A DNA stretch of 64,000 nt from Candidatus Woesearchaeota archaeon (GCA_019323515.1 JAHWHG010000015.1:11375-75374); one strand, 5' to 3'; positions 54,335 to 62,694 are shown, numbered from the stretch's first letter. A program made the numbers and translations. Notes: a model not told the origin generated them from the sequence alone.

Positions 54335-55695
54335 TGTGTGTAAACCTCTGCCCATTCTATTGCAATCCTCTCATCTATCCCAGACTTCTCAAGCTCGCGC
54401 ACTATGTTTCTCTTTGACTCTTCCTTTGCTTTTTCTTTCAGCTCTGTTATGTTCGACTTGTTCATCAATCCATTGAACGCGCAGACATTTCCGATTAAGT
54501 CAGCTATTGTCAAGTCTCTTCCGATGCTTAGCTCCCTTTCTCCTGCCATCACTGTGTAATCGACTATGCTTCTCTGCAGGTCACCTAGGATATGCCCGAC
54601 ATTATAACCCTGGTCTCTCATCAGTTTATAGTCCCTGATCAGCTTTATTGTGATTCTAGGGCTGGGCTTGTTGATGTTCAGCCTTCCTACCTCGTCAAGC
54701 TCTAGGCCATACTTCCTGCTTACCTCTCTTGTTCCTCGGCTTTTAAGATTCTCCAGAGCATCCAGGCTTCTCACGATTGCCTTTCCAACTGTGTAGATTT
54801 CATGCTTTCCCTGGTCTTCAAACTCAAGCTTCTGCTCCCTGCTACTGTCAAAGTACAAGTATGGCGCGACTTCTGACTTGATTTCATGGTCCTTCAGGAA
54901 AGCTCTCCATCTGCCATCTCTGTGCTCAGCAAACTTCACAGCACCCTGGTACCAGTAAAGACCTCTTGCCTGCATCCCTTTCATCACTTCCTTAGCGTCG
55001 AACAATCCGGTCTTAAGCAGTGCCATCCTCAGCCTAAGCTCAGCCGGCAGTTCACTGAAGTAGATCAGCTTGCACCTGTCTCTTACAGCAGTCTCCAGGT
55101 CCAGGTTAGCAATCCCTGTCTCTGGGTTGTATGTAAGGAACAATCCAAAACCGTCCACTGCCGCAAGTTCATCTACATTGCCCTCAAGGTCGCTTATTGT
55201 CCTTCCCTCTTCAAGCACAGAGTTAAGAGCCTTCTGCACTGTCATTGGCAGCTGGTTGATCTCGTCAAGGACTGCGATTTCTCCATCTCTCATTGCCTGG
55301 TAAAGTTTTCCAGGACTGAACTCAGTCTTTGTCGCTACACCCTCCCCGACTCTCTCTGCTGCTAACTTCTCACCGCCGATTATGTCCCTGGCCATTGTCT
55401 CCTCAGTGCATCTTACCCTGTAGACCTTTTTACCAAGTGCCCTTGCCAGCATGTTGATTGCTTCGTTCTTCCCTACCCCTGGCTTTCCTTCAAGAGCTAC
55501 TGGCTGCCTGTTCATGTAAGCAATTGCCATCCTCTGGATTTCGTCAAAGTTGCTTCCGTTCTGGTTCGCTATGTAAAACTCCATTTTCATTCTACCTCCT
55601 ATCTGTTGCATCATCGCGTCGTGCTCATTTGGTGTTTTATTGTATATGATGTTCAGACCTCTAATCAATCTCTCAAGTATCCTTATACAATCCAT
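54331..55695 (-). CDS. AAA+ ATPase, AAA_5 / MoxR-CbbQ-NorQ type
   Basis: Walker A EGKPGVGKN, Walker B IAVLDEINQ, sensor-like FLTYNPE. The true start may be the SD-preceded ATG at 55590 or 55584 rather than 55695. Confidence 0.85.
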   Translation of the reverse strand: MDCIRILERLIRGLNIIYNKTPNEHDAMMQQIGGRMKMEFYIANQNGSNFDEIQRMAIAYMNRQPVALEGKPGVGKNEAINMLARALGKKVYRVRCTEETMARDIIGGEKLAAERVGEGVATKTEFSPGKLYQAMRDGEIAVLDEINQLPMTVQKALNSVLEEGRTISDLEGNVDELAAVDGFGLFLTYNPETGIANLDLETAVRDRCKLIYFSELPAELRLRMALLKTGLFDAKEVMKGMQARGLYWYQGAVKFAEHRDGRWRAFLKDHEIKSEVAPYLYFDSSREQKLEFEDQGKHEIYTVGKAIVRSLDALENLKSRGTREVSRKYGLELDEVGRLNINKPSPRITIKLIRDYKLMRDQGYNVGHILGDLQRSIVDYTVMAGERELSIGRDLTIADLIGNVCAFNGLMNKSNITELKEKAKEESKRNIVRELEKSGIDERIAIEWAEVYTQ

Positions 55696-55696
55696 A

Positions 55697-56002
55697 TTAG
55701 TTTACTTCATGCGGATTTTGTTGTACGTATGCCTGTATGCTGATCCATTCCAGTATCGCTAAACTCTCCCTCACAACTTTTTCCATCACAGCGTCATGCT
55801 CTCCTAGCAGGAACTCAGGGACCTGCTTCTTAGCTTCAAGCGCCATCTCCAGGTTGTTCTGGTACTGATGTCTCTGGCACATTGTCATTTGCTTGAAACT
55901 TTCCAACCTTTCATCCCATGTCCCTATTTTTGAGCCAGTCATCTCCTCATACTCCTTGATGAGCTGTTTTTCTCTATCAGTGTATTCAACCTTCATTTCC
56001 AT
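55697..56002 (-). CDS. small orphan protein (about 100 aa) in the AAA+/vWA operon
   Basis: The ATG at 55996 is the SD-served start (GGAGGG, 6-nt spacer); the track start is 56002. Its stop lies 1 nt before the ATPase ORF. Confidence 0.5.
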   Translation of the reverse strand: MEMKVEYTDREKQLIKEYEEMTGSKIGTWDERLESFKQMTMCQRHQYQNNLEMALEAKKQVPEFLLGEHDAVMEKVVRESLAILEWISIQAYVQQNPHEVN

Positions 56003-56067
56003 CCCTCCATGTAGTTAGGTCTCAGTACTCCTTAAACCTGCTCACCAGTTTTTTTGTAAGTTGGAAC

Positions 56068-56262
56068 TTATCCTTTATAGTGGAACAGTTCCGCTGCCCT
56101 GTAGCAGTTCTTTGCAAGCTCTGCCTGTCTTAGGTCTCCAGTGATCATGTACTTGAACTTCCTAAGCTCTCCAAGCTGCAGCGCTCCAAGCTCTCTCTCA
56201 CGCCAGCTTCCTGCTTGCCTTATTTTATGCTCCAGGTCCGCTATGCTTTGGTCGATTTTCAT
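56068..56262 (-). CDS. small orphan protein (64 aa), first SD-led cistron of the AAA+/vWA operon
   Basis: GGAGGG lies 6 nt before the ATG at 56262. The track start at 56289 is upstream and in frame. Confidence 0.5.
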   Translation of the reverse strand: MKIDQSIADLEHKIRQAGSWRERELGALQLGELRKFKYMITGDLRQAELAKNCYRAAELFHYKG

Positions 56263-56299
56263 AAGCTTCCCTCCTTTTTGCTGCTTCATTGCGTCGTGC

Positions 56300-56410
56300 T
56301 CATCGCCAGACTATCCTTTCAGCCAGCCAGTGTCTTTTATCAGCCGGCCATTCAGGGTGTCTCTGCCTCAGTTTTCTTTCGAGCTCTTTCAGCTGTGTGT
56401 TTTTATCCAT
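56300..56410 (-). CDS. possible 36-aa leader ORF
   Basis: MDKNTQLKELERKLRQRHPEWPADKRHWLAERIVWR. Its stop lies inside the repeated GAGCACGACGC motif. Coding status is uncertain. Confidence 0.25.
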   Translation of the reverse strand: MDKNTQLKELERKLRQRHPEWPADKRHWLAERIVWR

Positions 56411-56448
56411 CTTATACCCAAGATTAACATAGAAGAATATTAAGTTCT

Positions 56449-56468
56449 GTTGTAGAATTTTCTACAAC
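56449..56468. promoter_or_regulatory. 20-nt palindrome (candidate TrmB-type operator) in a divergent promoter region
   Basis: GTTGTAGAA-TT-TTCTACAAC has perfect 9-bp arms. A weaker copy GCTGTAG-N9-CTACAAC lies at 56955-56977, just upstream of the trmB TATA. Confidence 0.45.
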
Positions 56469-56504
56469 ACATACTTATATCCTACCTTATATCATTAAAT
56501 ATCA

Positions 56505-56966
56505 ATGGAAACAGTAAAAGCGCAAAAAGAAAACCTGAAGAAGATTGTAGAGGAGCTGGTTAAAGGGCTGAAAGAACCTCTCTACCGCGGCCTGGGATCT
56601 CAGGCAGAATCAGACTACAGGAAAGAAGGACGCCTTAAACCTTACTCAGGCAGCATAAGCGTCGGAAAAGGCGTCTTCCTGACAAACAACCTTGACATGG
56701 CACTGAGCTTCATGGACAAGACACTAGTAGTCACAACAAGAGAGAAGCTGGACCCAGAAAAAAAGGCAGTTGACACTAGAAAACCTGGCTACGACAAAAA
56801 AGCAAGGGAAAAGCTGGGAGAGAAAGCCTCTGGCCTAGAGGTATGGGAAGAGATCCAGAAAGAGGATACAATAACCTTTGAAGGAGGACCTGCTGACAGC
56901 TATGTCTACACTGCCAGAAAACCGCTCACAAAAGACCAGCTGCTGCTAGAAGTAGCTGTAGTCTAA
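56505..56966 (+). CDS. hypothetical protein (153 aa)
   Basis: Clean ORF with GC about 53% in the hand-counted line 56581-56640. No family confidently recognised. Confidence 0.55.
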   Translation: METVKAQKENLKKIVEELVKGLKEPLYRGLGSQAESDYRKEGRLKPYSGSISVGKGVFLTNNLDMALSFMDKTLVVTTREKLDPEKKAVDTRKPGYDKKAREKLGEKASGLEVWEEIQKEDTITFEGGPADSYVYTARKPLTKDQLLLEVAVV

Positions 56967-57017
56967 AAATCTACAACAAAAAGAAAGATTTATTAAGCCT
57001 AAACAATTTCACTCTAG

Positions 57018-57731
57018 ATGATGGATATTGAGAAAGTACTCGAAAACCTGGGATTCTCACCTAATGAGATAAAGGTATACCTAACTCTAAACGACCACGG
57101 CTCTTCAAAAGCTGGAAAGATAGCAAAGATTGCAAAGATTGACAGAAGTTCCTGTTACAATTCTCTCAAGACACTACAGGAGAAAGGGCTTGTCTCTTAT
57201 GTCTCAATAGGAAAGGTAAAATGGTTCCAGTGCACAGGTCCGCAGAAACTTATGGATTACTTGAAAGAACAGGAATCAGACCTAAAGCAGGTTCTTCCTG
57301 AGCTGGCTGCAAGGCATAAGATGTCAAAACTGAAAGGCCAGGTTAGATTATTCAAAGGCCTGAAAGGCGTAAGAACTGTACTGCAGGACATAATCAGGAC
57401 TGGAGAGGACAACCTATGCTTTGGTAACGAATCGCAGCTTGAGGAAAGGATGCCAGCTTATCAAAAACAATTTGTAAGGCAACTAAAAGAAAGAAAAATC
57501 AAGGTAAGGGAAATTGTAAGAGAAGATCGTACAAATAAAACATCAAACCCAAAACATACGCGTTATGTCCCAAAAAAAGTTGAATCACCTGTTGTAACTA
57601 ACATCTACAGTGACAAGATAGCTCTGATAATCTGGACAGATGAACCAGAGGCAATAATAATTGAGAATGAGGCAGCTGCAAAAGCTTACCGTTCTTATTT
57701 TGAATTTATGTGGGAAAATGCAAAAAAATGA
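57018..57731 (+). CDS. trmB: TrmB family transcriptional regulator
   Basis: LENLGFSPNEIKVYLTLNDHGSSKAGKIAKIAKIDRSSCYNSLKTLQEKGLVSYV is the TrmB wHTH. TATA-like GATTTATTAAGC lies about 26 nt upstream. Confidence 0.8.
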   Translation: MMDIEKVLENLGFSPNEIKVYLTLNDHGSSKAGKIAKIAKIDRSSCYNSLKTLQEKGLVSYVSIGKVKWFQCTGPQKLMDYLKEQESDLKQVLPELAARHKMSKLKGQVRLFKGLKGVRTVLQDIIRTGEDNLCFGNESQLEERMPAYQKQFVRQLKERKIKVREIVREDRTNKTSNPKHTRYVPKKVESPVVTNIYSDKIALIIWTDEPEAIIIENEAAAKAYRSYFEFMWENAKK

Positions 57732-58234
57732 AAAGGATAGTTGTTCTAGGCGATGCTGGTCGTGGTAAGACAACATTCGCCTCTAAACTCTCAAAAAAAC
57801 TCAAGATAAAACTGTATTCAACTGATGATTATTTCTGGACAAAAAAGTATACAGTAAAACGTCCAAGAGAAAAGGCTATCAAGATGCTGAAAAAGGTATA
57901 CGCCAGGCCAAACTGGATAATCGAAGGCACCACAAGATCCTTCCTAAAACCAGGCATGGACAAAGCAGACAAGATAATCTACCTTAAGCACAGGTTCTTA
58001 CTAGGCCAGTTCTATATACTATCAAAACGAGAGATAAAGAGAATTTACAACAAAGAACCTACCAACATCTGGGAATTCATAAAGCTTCTTCATCACGCGG
58101 TCAAAAAGAAGTTCAAGTTAGGTGACCAGAGGGATAAACTTACATGGGACGAGTTATTAAGACCTTATAAGAAAAAGGTTGTCAAACTTAAGAGTTTTAA
58201 GGATATGAAAAAGTTCCTGGAAAAGATAAATTAA
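57728..58234 (+). CDS. P-loop NTPase/kinase (adenylate-kinase/FlaR-like)
   Basis: MKRIVVLGDAGRGKTTFASKL Walker A. ATGA overlap with the trmB stop. Confidence 0.7.
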   Translation: MKRIVVLGDAGRGKTTFASKLSKKLKIKLYSTDDYFWTKKYTVKRPREKAIKMLKKVYARPNWIIEGTTRSFLKPGMDKADKIIYLKHRFLLGQFYILSKREIKRIYNKEPTNIWEFIKLLHHAVKKKFKLGDQRDKLTWDELLRPYKKKVVKLKSFKDMKKFLEKIN

Positions 58235-58249
58235 TCCAAAAAACTAAAC

Positions 58250-58399
58250 TCAATACTCAACCTTTTCAATAATATACAAAGGCTCGCCACCTGCCAGAAC
58301 CGGAGTGTAATCAACCTGCACATACGCAAAACCATCTAACTTGTCATAGACATATTCAACATCAGTTGTTTTTGTGTCTATCATTATATCATTTAACAT
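58250..58399 (-). CDS. possible 49-aa protein
   Basis: MLNDIMIDTKTTDVEYVYDKLDGFAYVQVDYTPVLAGGEPLYIIEKVEY. No SD seen. Not in the track. Confidence 0.25.
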   Translation of the reverse strand: MLNDIMIDTKTTDVEYVYDKLDGFAYVQVDYTPVLAGGEPLYIIEKVEY

Positions 58400-58581
58400 G
58401 ATTCCCTTAGAACAAAATGTCTTTTATAAACATTATTATACTCCAGAACCTTAAACAAACTCAATCACATAAATACTTAAAAACTCTGAACACTTTTCTA
58501 TAGATTAAATCAAGCTTAAGTTTTCATTCCAAGCTGTTTTAAAAATTAAGAACACCTAGGGGTTTAAAGACGGTGACTCTG

Positions 58582-58620
58582 TCCTGGATCCTCTTACAGG
58601 ATCTGGGATAAGTTTTTTTT
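58582..58620 (+). terminator. hairpin plus T8: intrinsic-terminator-like element or 3' end of a small RNA
   Basis: TCCTGGATCCT-CTTAC-AGGATCTGGGA forms an 11-bp stem with 2 G-U pairs, followed by TAAG and T8 (58613-58620). Confidence 0.4.
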
Positions 58621-58667
58621 CTAAAATTTCATAAGGTTTTTATACTAAAATATCAAAATCATGCTTA

Positions 58668-58943
58668 ATGTCAAGATACAAAGAAGAGGTGACCAGAGCA
58701 CTTTCCAGTAGAAAGAACAGGATAAGGTATCATGCATTCAACATAATCTTAAGCCTTATCGCAATAAAGCTTGGCCTATACCTCACTCTTTACTCAGCTT
58801 ACCTTACTTTTGGAGAAGACAAGAGATATTACATTATTGGAGTAGGATTCATTGTTATAGCTGTCTACTTAGTATATCTTTTCGGTAAAGAGATACATAG
58901 AAGTGCAAAAGGTATTAAGAAAGAGATGAAGAAAAAAATCTAA
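58668..58943 (+). CDS. small membrane protein (2 TM, 91 aa)
   Basis: Hydrophobic profile. TATA-like GGTTTTTATACTAAAA lies about 25 nt upstream. Confidence 0.5.
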   Translation: MSRYKEEVTRALSSRKNRIRYHAFNIILSLIAIKLGLYLTLYSAYLTFGEDKRYYIIGVGFIVIAVYLVYLFGKEIHRSAKGIKKEMKKKI

Positions 58944-58946
58944 AAC

Positions 58947-59342
58947 CTACTTCTTCTCAGAAGAATAAATCCTTAACCTGACAAAACCATCATCAGATTT
59001 ATATGATGGCATCTTAGTTGCCTGGAACACATGAAAGTAATCTGAAAGTGTAAAAGGCCGACTTCTCATGAACTTAGGTACCTTGTTCCTTAACAGGTAT
59101 GTTTTTGTGCTATATTTTCTGTCACAATTTGAAAGATTTTTGAAAGTAAAACCAAGGTCACCTTGCTGATTAACCTGTCCATCATACCTTAACTCAACAT
59201 GTCCAGTCAAAGAATCACCTACAAATATCGGGATATTGACAGAACCACCTTTCTGGATATAATACTCAAAACAAGTTAAACTCTCTAGCTTAGAACTTGG
59301 TGCTACTGCTGCCGCGCTTAACAATAATGCTAGACCTTTCAT
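58947..59342 (-). CDS. secreted hypothetical protein (131 aa)
   Basis: Signal peptide MKGLALLLSAAAVAPS. Confidence 0.5.
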   Translation of the reverse strand: MKGLALLLSAAAVAPSSKLESLTCFEYYIQKGGSVNIPIFVGDSLTGHVELRYDGQVNQQGDLGFTFKNLSNCDRKYSTKTYLLRNKVPKFMRSRPFTLSDYFHVFQATKMPSYKSDDGFVRLRIYSSEKK

Positions 59343-59446
59343 TAAGAATAAGGTTAAAGAGTTGTATTTAAAGCTTCTGCAAGCAAGAATTCCAGCAAAA
59401 CACTTATATACTTAAAAATTAACAGAATGTGTAAGAGGTGATATTC

Positions 59447-59599
59447 ATGGCAAAAAGACAACTTAACAATCTGCTTATTCCAGGAGGTCTTCTTCTAGGA
59501 CTTGGCTTAGGCATGATCTATAACCAGGTAGCAGGAGGAACATTGATTGGTCTAGGACTTGGCTTTATTGCAGCATTTATCTTTGGGAAGAAGAACTAA
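59447..59599 (+). CDS. 50-aa Gly/Leu-rich small membrane protein
   Basis: GAGGTG lies 7 nt upstream. Product MAKRQLNNLLIPGGLLLGLGLGMIYNQVAGGTLIGLGLGFIAAFIFGKKN. Not in the track. Confidence 0.4.
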   Translation: MAKRQLNNLLIPGGLLLGLGLGMIYNQVAGGTLIGLGLGFIAAFIFGKKN

Positions 59600-59617
59600 G
59601 ATAATCTAGTATCAATT

Positions 59618-59974
59618 TTACATCCTTTTTATCTTTCTCTCTTCCAAGCCAAATTTATATGACACAGATTTCAAGAACTCACTATCTCCTTCATAGAAAA
59701 CCTTCTTTCCTAAAGCATAAGCATACCCTGCCTCAAAATAAGCTCCTTTGCTCTCTCCAATGACATAGATAGCATCACACTCCCTTAACCTCTTCATCGC
59801 TGTGAACACTACCTCCTGCACTGTCATCTTTATCTCTCCATAATTTTGCTCATCCCTGAAAAAAGCAAACACCTCATGCCCTTGTTCTTCTAACTCTTTA
59901 GAAGTCTCTTCAATCTTTTTCCTAAGCTCTTCTTTATCAGAATTCTTAAACTTGTATGCTAAGTATATTTTCAT
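59618..59974 (-). CDS. nucleoside 2-deoxyribosyltransferase-like protein
   Basis: CDAIYVIGESKGAYFEAGYAYALGKKVF resembles the family's C-terminal motif (tentative). Confidence 0.45.
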   Translation of the reverse strand: MKIYLAYKFKNSDKEELRKKIEETSKELEEQGHEVFAFFRDEQNYGEIKMTVQEVVFTAMKRLRECDAIYVIGESKGAYFEAGYAYALGKKVFYEGDSEFLKSVSYKFGLEERKIKRM

Positions 59975-60070
59975 TTTATTTTTTTATTTTTTTACCTGAT
60001 TTAAATATTTTTTGAAACATAACAAATAATAATACAAACACTTATAAATTCTTACAACCATTACAAACCT

Positions 60071-60610
60071 ATGAAAATCTCAAAACTTCTTAAGATTGTG
60101 CTAACAACAGCAGTAATAATTTTCATAGTACTGCTTTTCTTCTATATCCCTATTGAAGAACATCTACTTAATTATACCAGGACTTACGGTTTCTTTGCAT
60201 TGATCCTTATCATCCTTATCACAGAGATTGTACCTGTTCCAATTGGCGGTCCAGAGTTCGGTGCAGTTGGAGGCTCACTTCTTAACATAAGCATTGCAAA
60301 CATCATAATCCTTAGCTCAGTCATAACAATCCTTGCTTCTTACTTCAACTACTGGATTGGAACACGTTTTTACCCCAGAGTTTGTAAATCAAAACCCTGC
60401 CAAAAAATAATGCCCATGTTCGAGAAGTACGGCCACTATGGTCTTTTTATTGCAGCCATCGGACCTGTTCCATATGTACCTTTTGGCTGGACATCTGGAG
60501 CTTTTGGCATGAAACTAAGAAGATATCTTCTCTATGGAATCATCCCAAGACTTATCAGGATTGTTGTAGTGACATTATTCTTTTCTAATATCCTTGCAGC
60601 AATCTTTTAG
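60071..60610 (+). CDS. polytopic membrane protein, possibly VTT/DedA-YqaA-like
   Basis: Four or five hydrophobic helices. TATA-like CACTTATAAATTC lies about 26 nt upstream. The family call is tentative. Confidence 0.5.
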   Translation: MKISKLLKIVLTTAVIIFIVLLFFYIPIEEHLLNYTRTYGFFALILIILITEIVPVPIGGPEFGAVGGSLLNISIANIIILSSVITILASYFNYWIGTRFYPRVCKSKPCQKIMPMFEKYGHYGLFIAAIGPVPYVPFGWTSGAFGMKLRRYLLYGIIPRLIRIVVVTLFFSNILAAIF

Positions 60611-62094
60611 ATATTTCTGGAATAATGTTTAGCTAATCCAATATAATAGAAAGCATCAGGTTTATTAGCCATTAATTTTCTTGCACCTAACCTTATTGCA
60701 TCAATAAAAGCTAAGGTTCTTGTCCTTCTTTTCAGTTCTTCAGTCTCAGCTCTGGGAAGATCATCACCTAACATGTTCCTGAACTGAGCATAACACTCAA
60801 CATAGAAGTCTGTGTCAAGAGCTTCCATTCTTGCAAGGTCAAACTCTGGAGTTCCTGGCTTCACATACCCAAAATCTCCAATAACCCTTATACCTTTACC
60901 ATTTACCCAAACATTTTCAGGCCTTGCATCAAACTGGCACAATGTCGTAGTTGGATTATCATAACCTGCTGCTTCACTTACTAAGAAATTGTAAAGCGGA
61001 ATTAATCTAACAAGCTCCTCAACACTTCCATAAACATTCCCCTTTACTTCAGCCAAACTACCTCTGCTCACTCTGTCAGAGATCTCTTCTGAAGACAACA
61101 CTGAAGGCCTTAATCCTTGCTGATAAACAGGATTATCCTTATGCTCTCTCATATGGAAGTGCAGTAACGCCCTGTTAAGCATGTCAACAACCTTATCATC
61201 TGCTTCAAGTATTGACTTATCAATCCTTAGCCTCTCTGAAAGTTTGTCAAGCAACTCGTTTTTCTTAGATAGATACAAGATTTCATCCTCAACAGCTACT
61301 TTAGTCTCATTCACATCATGTGTTATAAGCAAAGCAGCCTTGTCAATTCTAAAGTTCCCCCATAACTTAGGGATTATCGGTCTTAATATTGCATGCTTCC
61401 ATGCATCTTTGTAGAATTCTGCCTCTTTCATAATCATAGCAACCCTGTCAGAGACCTTTGCAAAAACCTTATCACCTTCAATCTCACCTTTCCATACAGC
61501 TACTGACATTGTATTACAGTCGACTTCAGAGAAATCATCAAATACCTCCTCTAAAAAGTTAAGCGCTGGCTCGATTATCTCCTCTCTCTGGACAGGATTT
61601 ATGATTGGATTCACAGACTTTGCCTTAGTTTGAAATAACCATTCATCAATGTTTATATTATACTTAAAATCCTTCAGATCCTCCTTAACCAAGTGATACT
61701 CCTTGTCAGGTTTTGGAAAAGGACTATAGTTAGGATTAGCATTAGCATCATCACCAAAAGGATTAAGGAAAGTAGCAGCTGCAGCTACAGTAACAAACCC
61801 TTTCTTTAACCAGTCAATTTCCTTCAAAAAATCAAAATAACTATCTATACTAAAGTCAGGACGCTTCAATTTATCCTCATCATCCTCAACAACATACCTC
61901 TTCTGCTCATTACCACAATCAAAATCAGGAACATCTGCAGGATCAAGGACAAGATTCTGCCTATAATCCTTTAGATAATCCTCAACAGACTTCTTCAGGC
62001 CCTTAGAATTATCATTAGAATCATTATCATTAGACTCCTTACCATTGACTTCATCATCTTTAGAATCCTTATCATCTTTAGGGTCTTCAGCCAT
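60607..62094 (-). CDS. protein-kinase-like fold protein (APH/choline-kinase type) with an acidic low-complexity N-terminus
   Basis: CQFDARPENVWVNGKGIRVIGDFGYVKPGTPEFDLARM corresponds to the HxDxxxxN...DFG...D pattern of APH-like kinases, with Phe replacing the His. Confidence 0.6.
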   Translation of the reverse strand: MAEDPKDDKDSKDDEVNGKESNDNDSNDNSKGLKKSVEDYLKDYRQNLVLDPADVPDFDCGNEQKRYVVEDDEDKLKRPDFSIDSYFDFLKEIDWLKKGFVTVAAAATFLNPFGDDANANPNYSPFPKPDKEYHLVKEDLKDFKYNINIDEWLFQTKAKSVNPIINPVQREEIIEPALNFLEEVFDDFSEVDCNTMSVAVWKGEIEGDKVFAKVSDRVAMIMKEAEFYKDAWKHAILRPIIPKLWGNFRIDKAALLITHDVNETKVAVEDEILYLSKKNELLDKLSERLRIDKSILEADDKVVDMLNRALLHFHMREHKDNPVYQQGLRPSVLSSEEISDRVSRGSLAEVKGNVYGSVEELVRLIPLYNFLVSEAAGYDNPTTTLCQFDARPENVWVNGKGIRVIGDFGYVKPGTPEFDLARMEALDTDFYVECYAQFRNMLGDDLPRAETEELKRRTRTLAFIDAIRLGARKLMANKPDAFYYIGLAKHYSRNI

Positions 62095-62195
62095 AACTCA
62101 ACCTTTAAGCAGCTACTTATAAAGCTTATTAAGTAGAAAATCAAAAAAGAATATTCTTAATATTCATTTTCTTGAAATATATCCTAAAGCTCATA

Positions 62196-62666
62196 ATGAA
62201 TATAATGACAAAATACAAACGTATAAAGGAAAAATTCCCCTGGGAAAAGCCTTCAGGTTTTCCAGACTATAAGCCAAAAGAAAAAAAGAAGTACCAGGAA
62301 ATCCCACTTGGTTCCTTGACAGCAACAGCTATAAGATGCCCAGTAACTGGCAGAGAATGTGCATATCCAGGAATGGACTGCAAAGCTTGCCCTATTATGA
62401 AGTCGCGTAATAACATGTTCGAGGAACTTACCATGGATCATTACAGGCATATCTTAGCACAACTCTACTCTGCTTCTAGAAAGATCTCTAATCTGGAAGA
62501 CAATGTTGAGAAAGAAAAGGTATTGGAAGATTTCTTCAAGAACACAGAAGAATCCGTAGATATACTACAGGGATACACAACCTGGATGAACGAGATGCTT
62601 AAAGGACTTGATATTGGCAAGGACACGAACAAGGATTTTAAGTACAAGGGATTTGATGTGAAATAA
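62196..62666 (+). CDS. hypothetical protein (about 156 aa)
   Basis: The ORF is open from the TTG at 62172. The first ATGs are at 62196 and 62205, so the start is uncertain. Confidence 0.45.
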   Translation: MNIMTKYKRIKEKFPWEKPSGFPDYKPKEKKKYQEIPLGSLTATAIRCPVTGRECAYPGMDCKACPIMKSRNNMFEELTMDHYRHILAQLYSASRKISNLEDNVEKEKVLEDFFKNTEESVDILQGYTTWMNEMLKGLDIGKDTNKDFKYKGFDVK

Positions 62667-62694
62667 TCCGAAGAGAAGTTAAAGGCTAGGATAA

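Noticed and set aside
56251-56410. Programmed +1 frameshift fusing the 36-aa leader ORF to the 64/73-aa ORF at UGG-CGA-UGA
   Set aside because: There is no slippery codon that would allow tRNA re-pairing (CGA to GAU), and no stimulatory SD at the right distance. A sequencing indel or a non-coding leader are simpler explanations, so it is kept only as part of the repeated-leader finding.
56505-56966. ADP-ribosyltransferase-like R-S-E pattern (LYRG ... FLTNN ... QKE) in the 153-aa protein
   Set aside because: The STS motif is not present (LTNN instead), the QxE context does not match the usual ExE-hydrophobic strand, and the spacing is atypical. The pattern is too weak without a profile or structure search.
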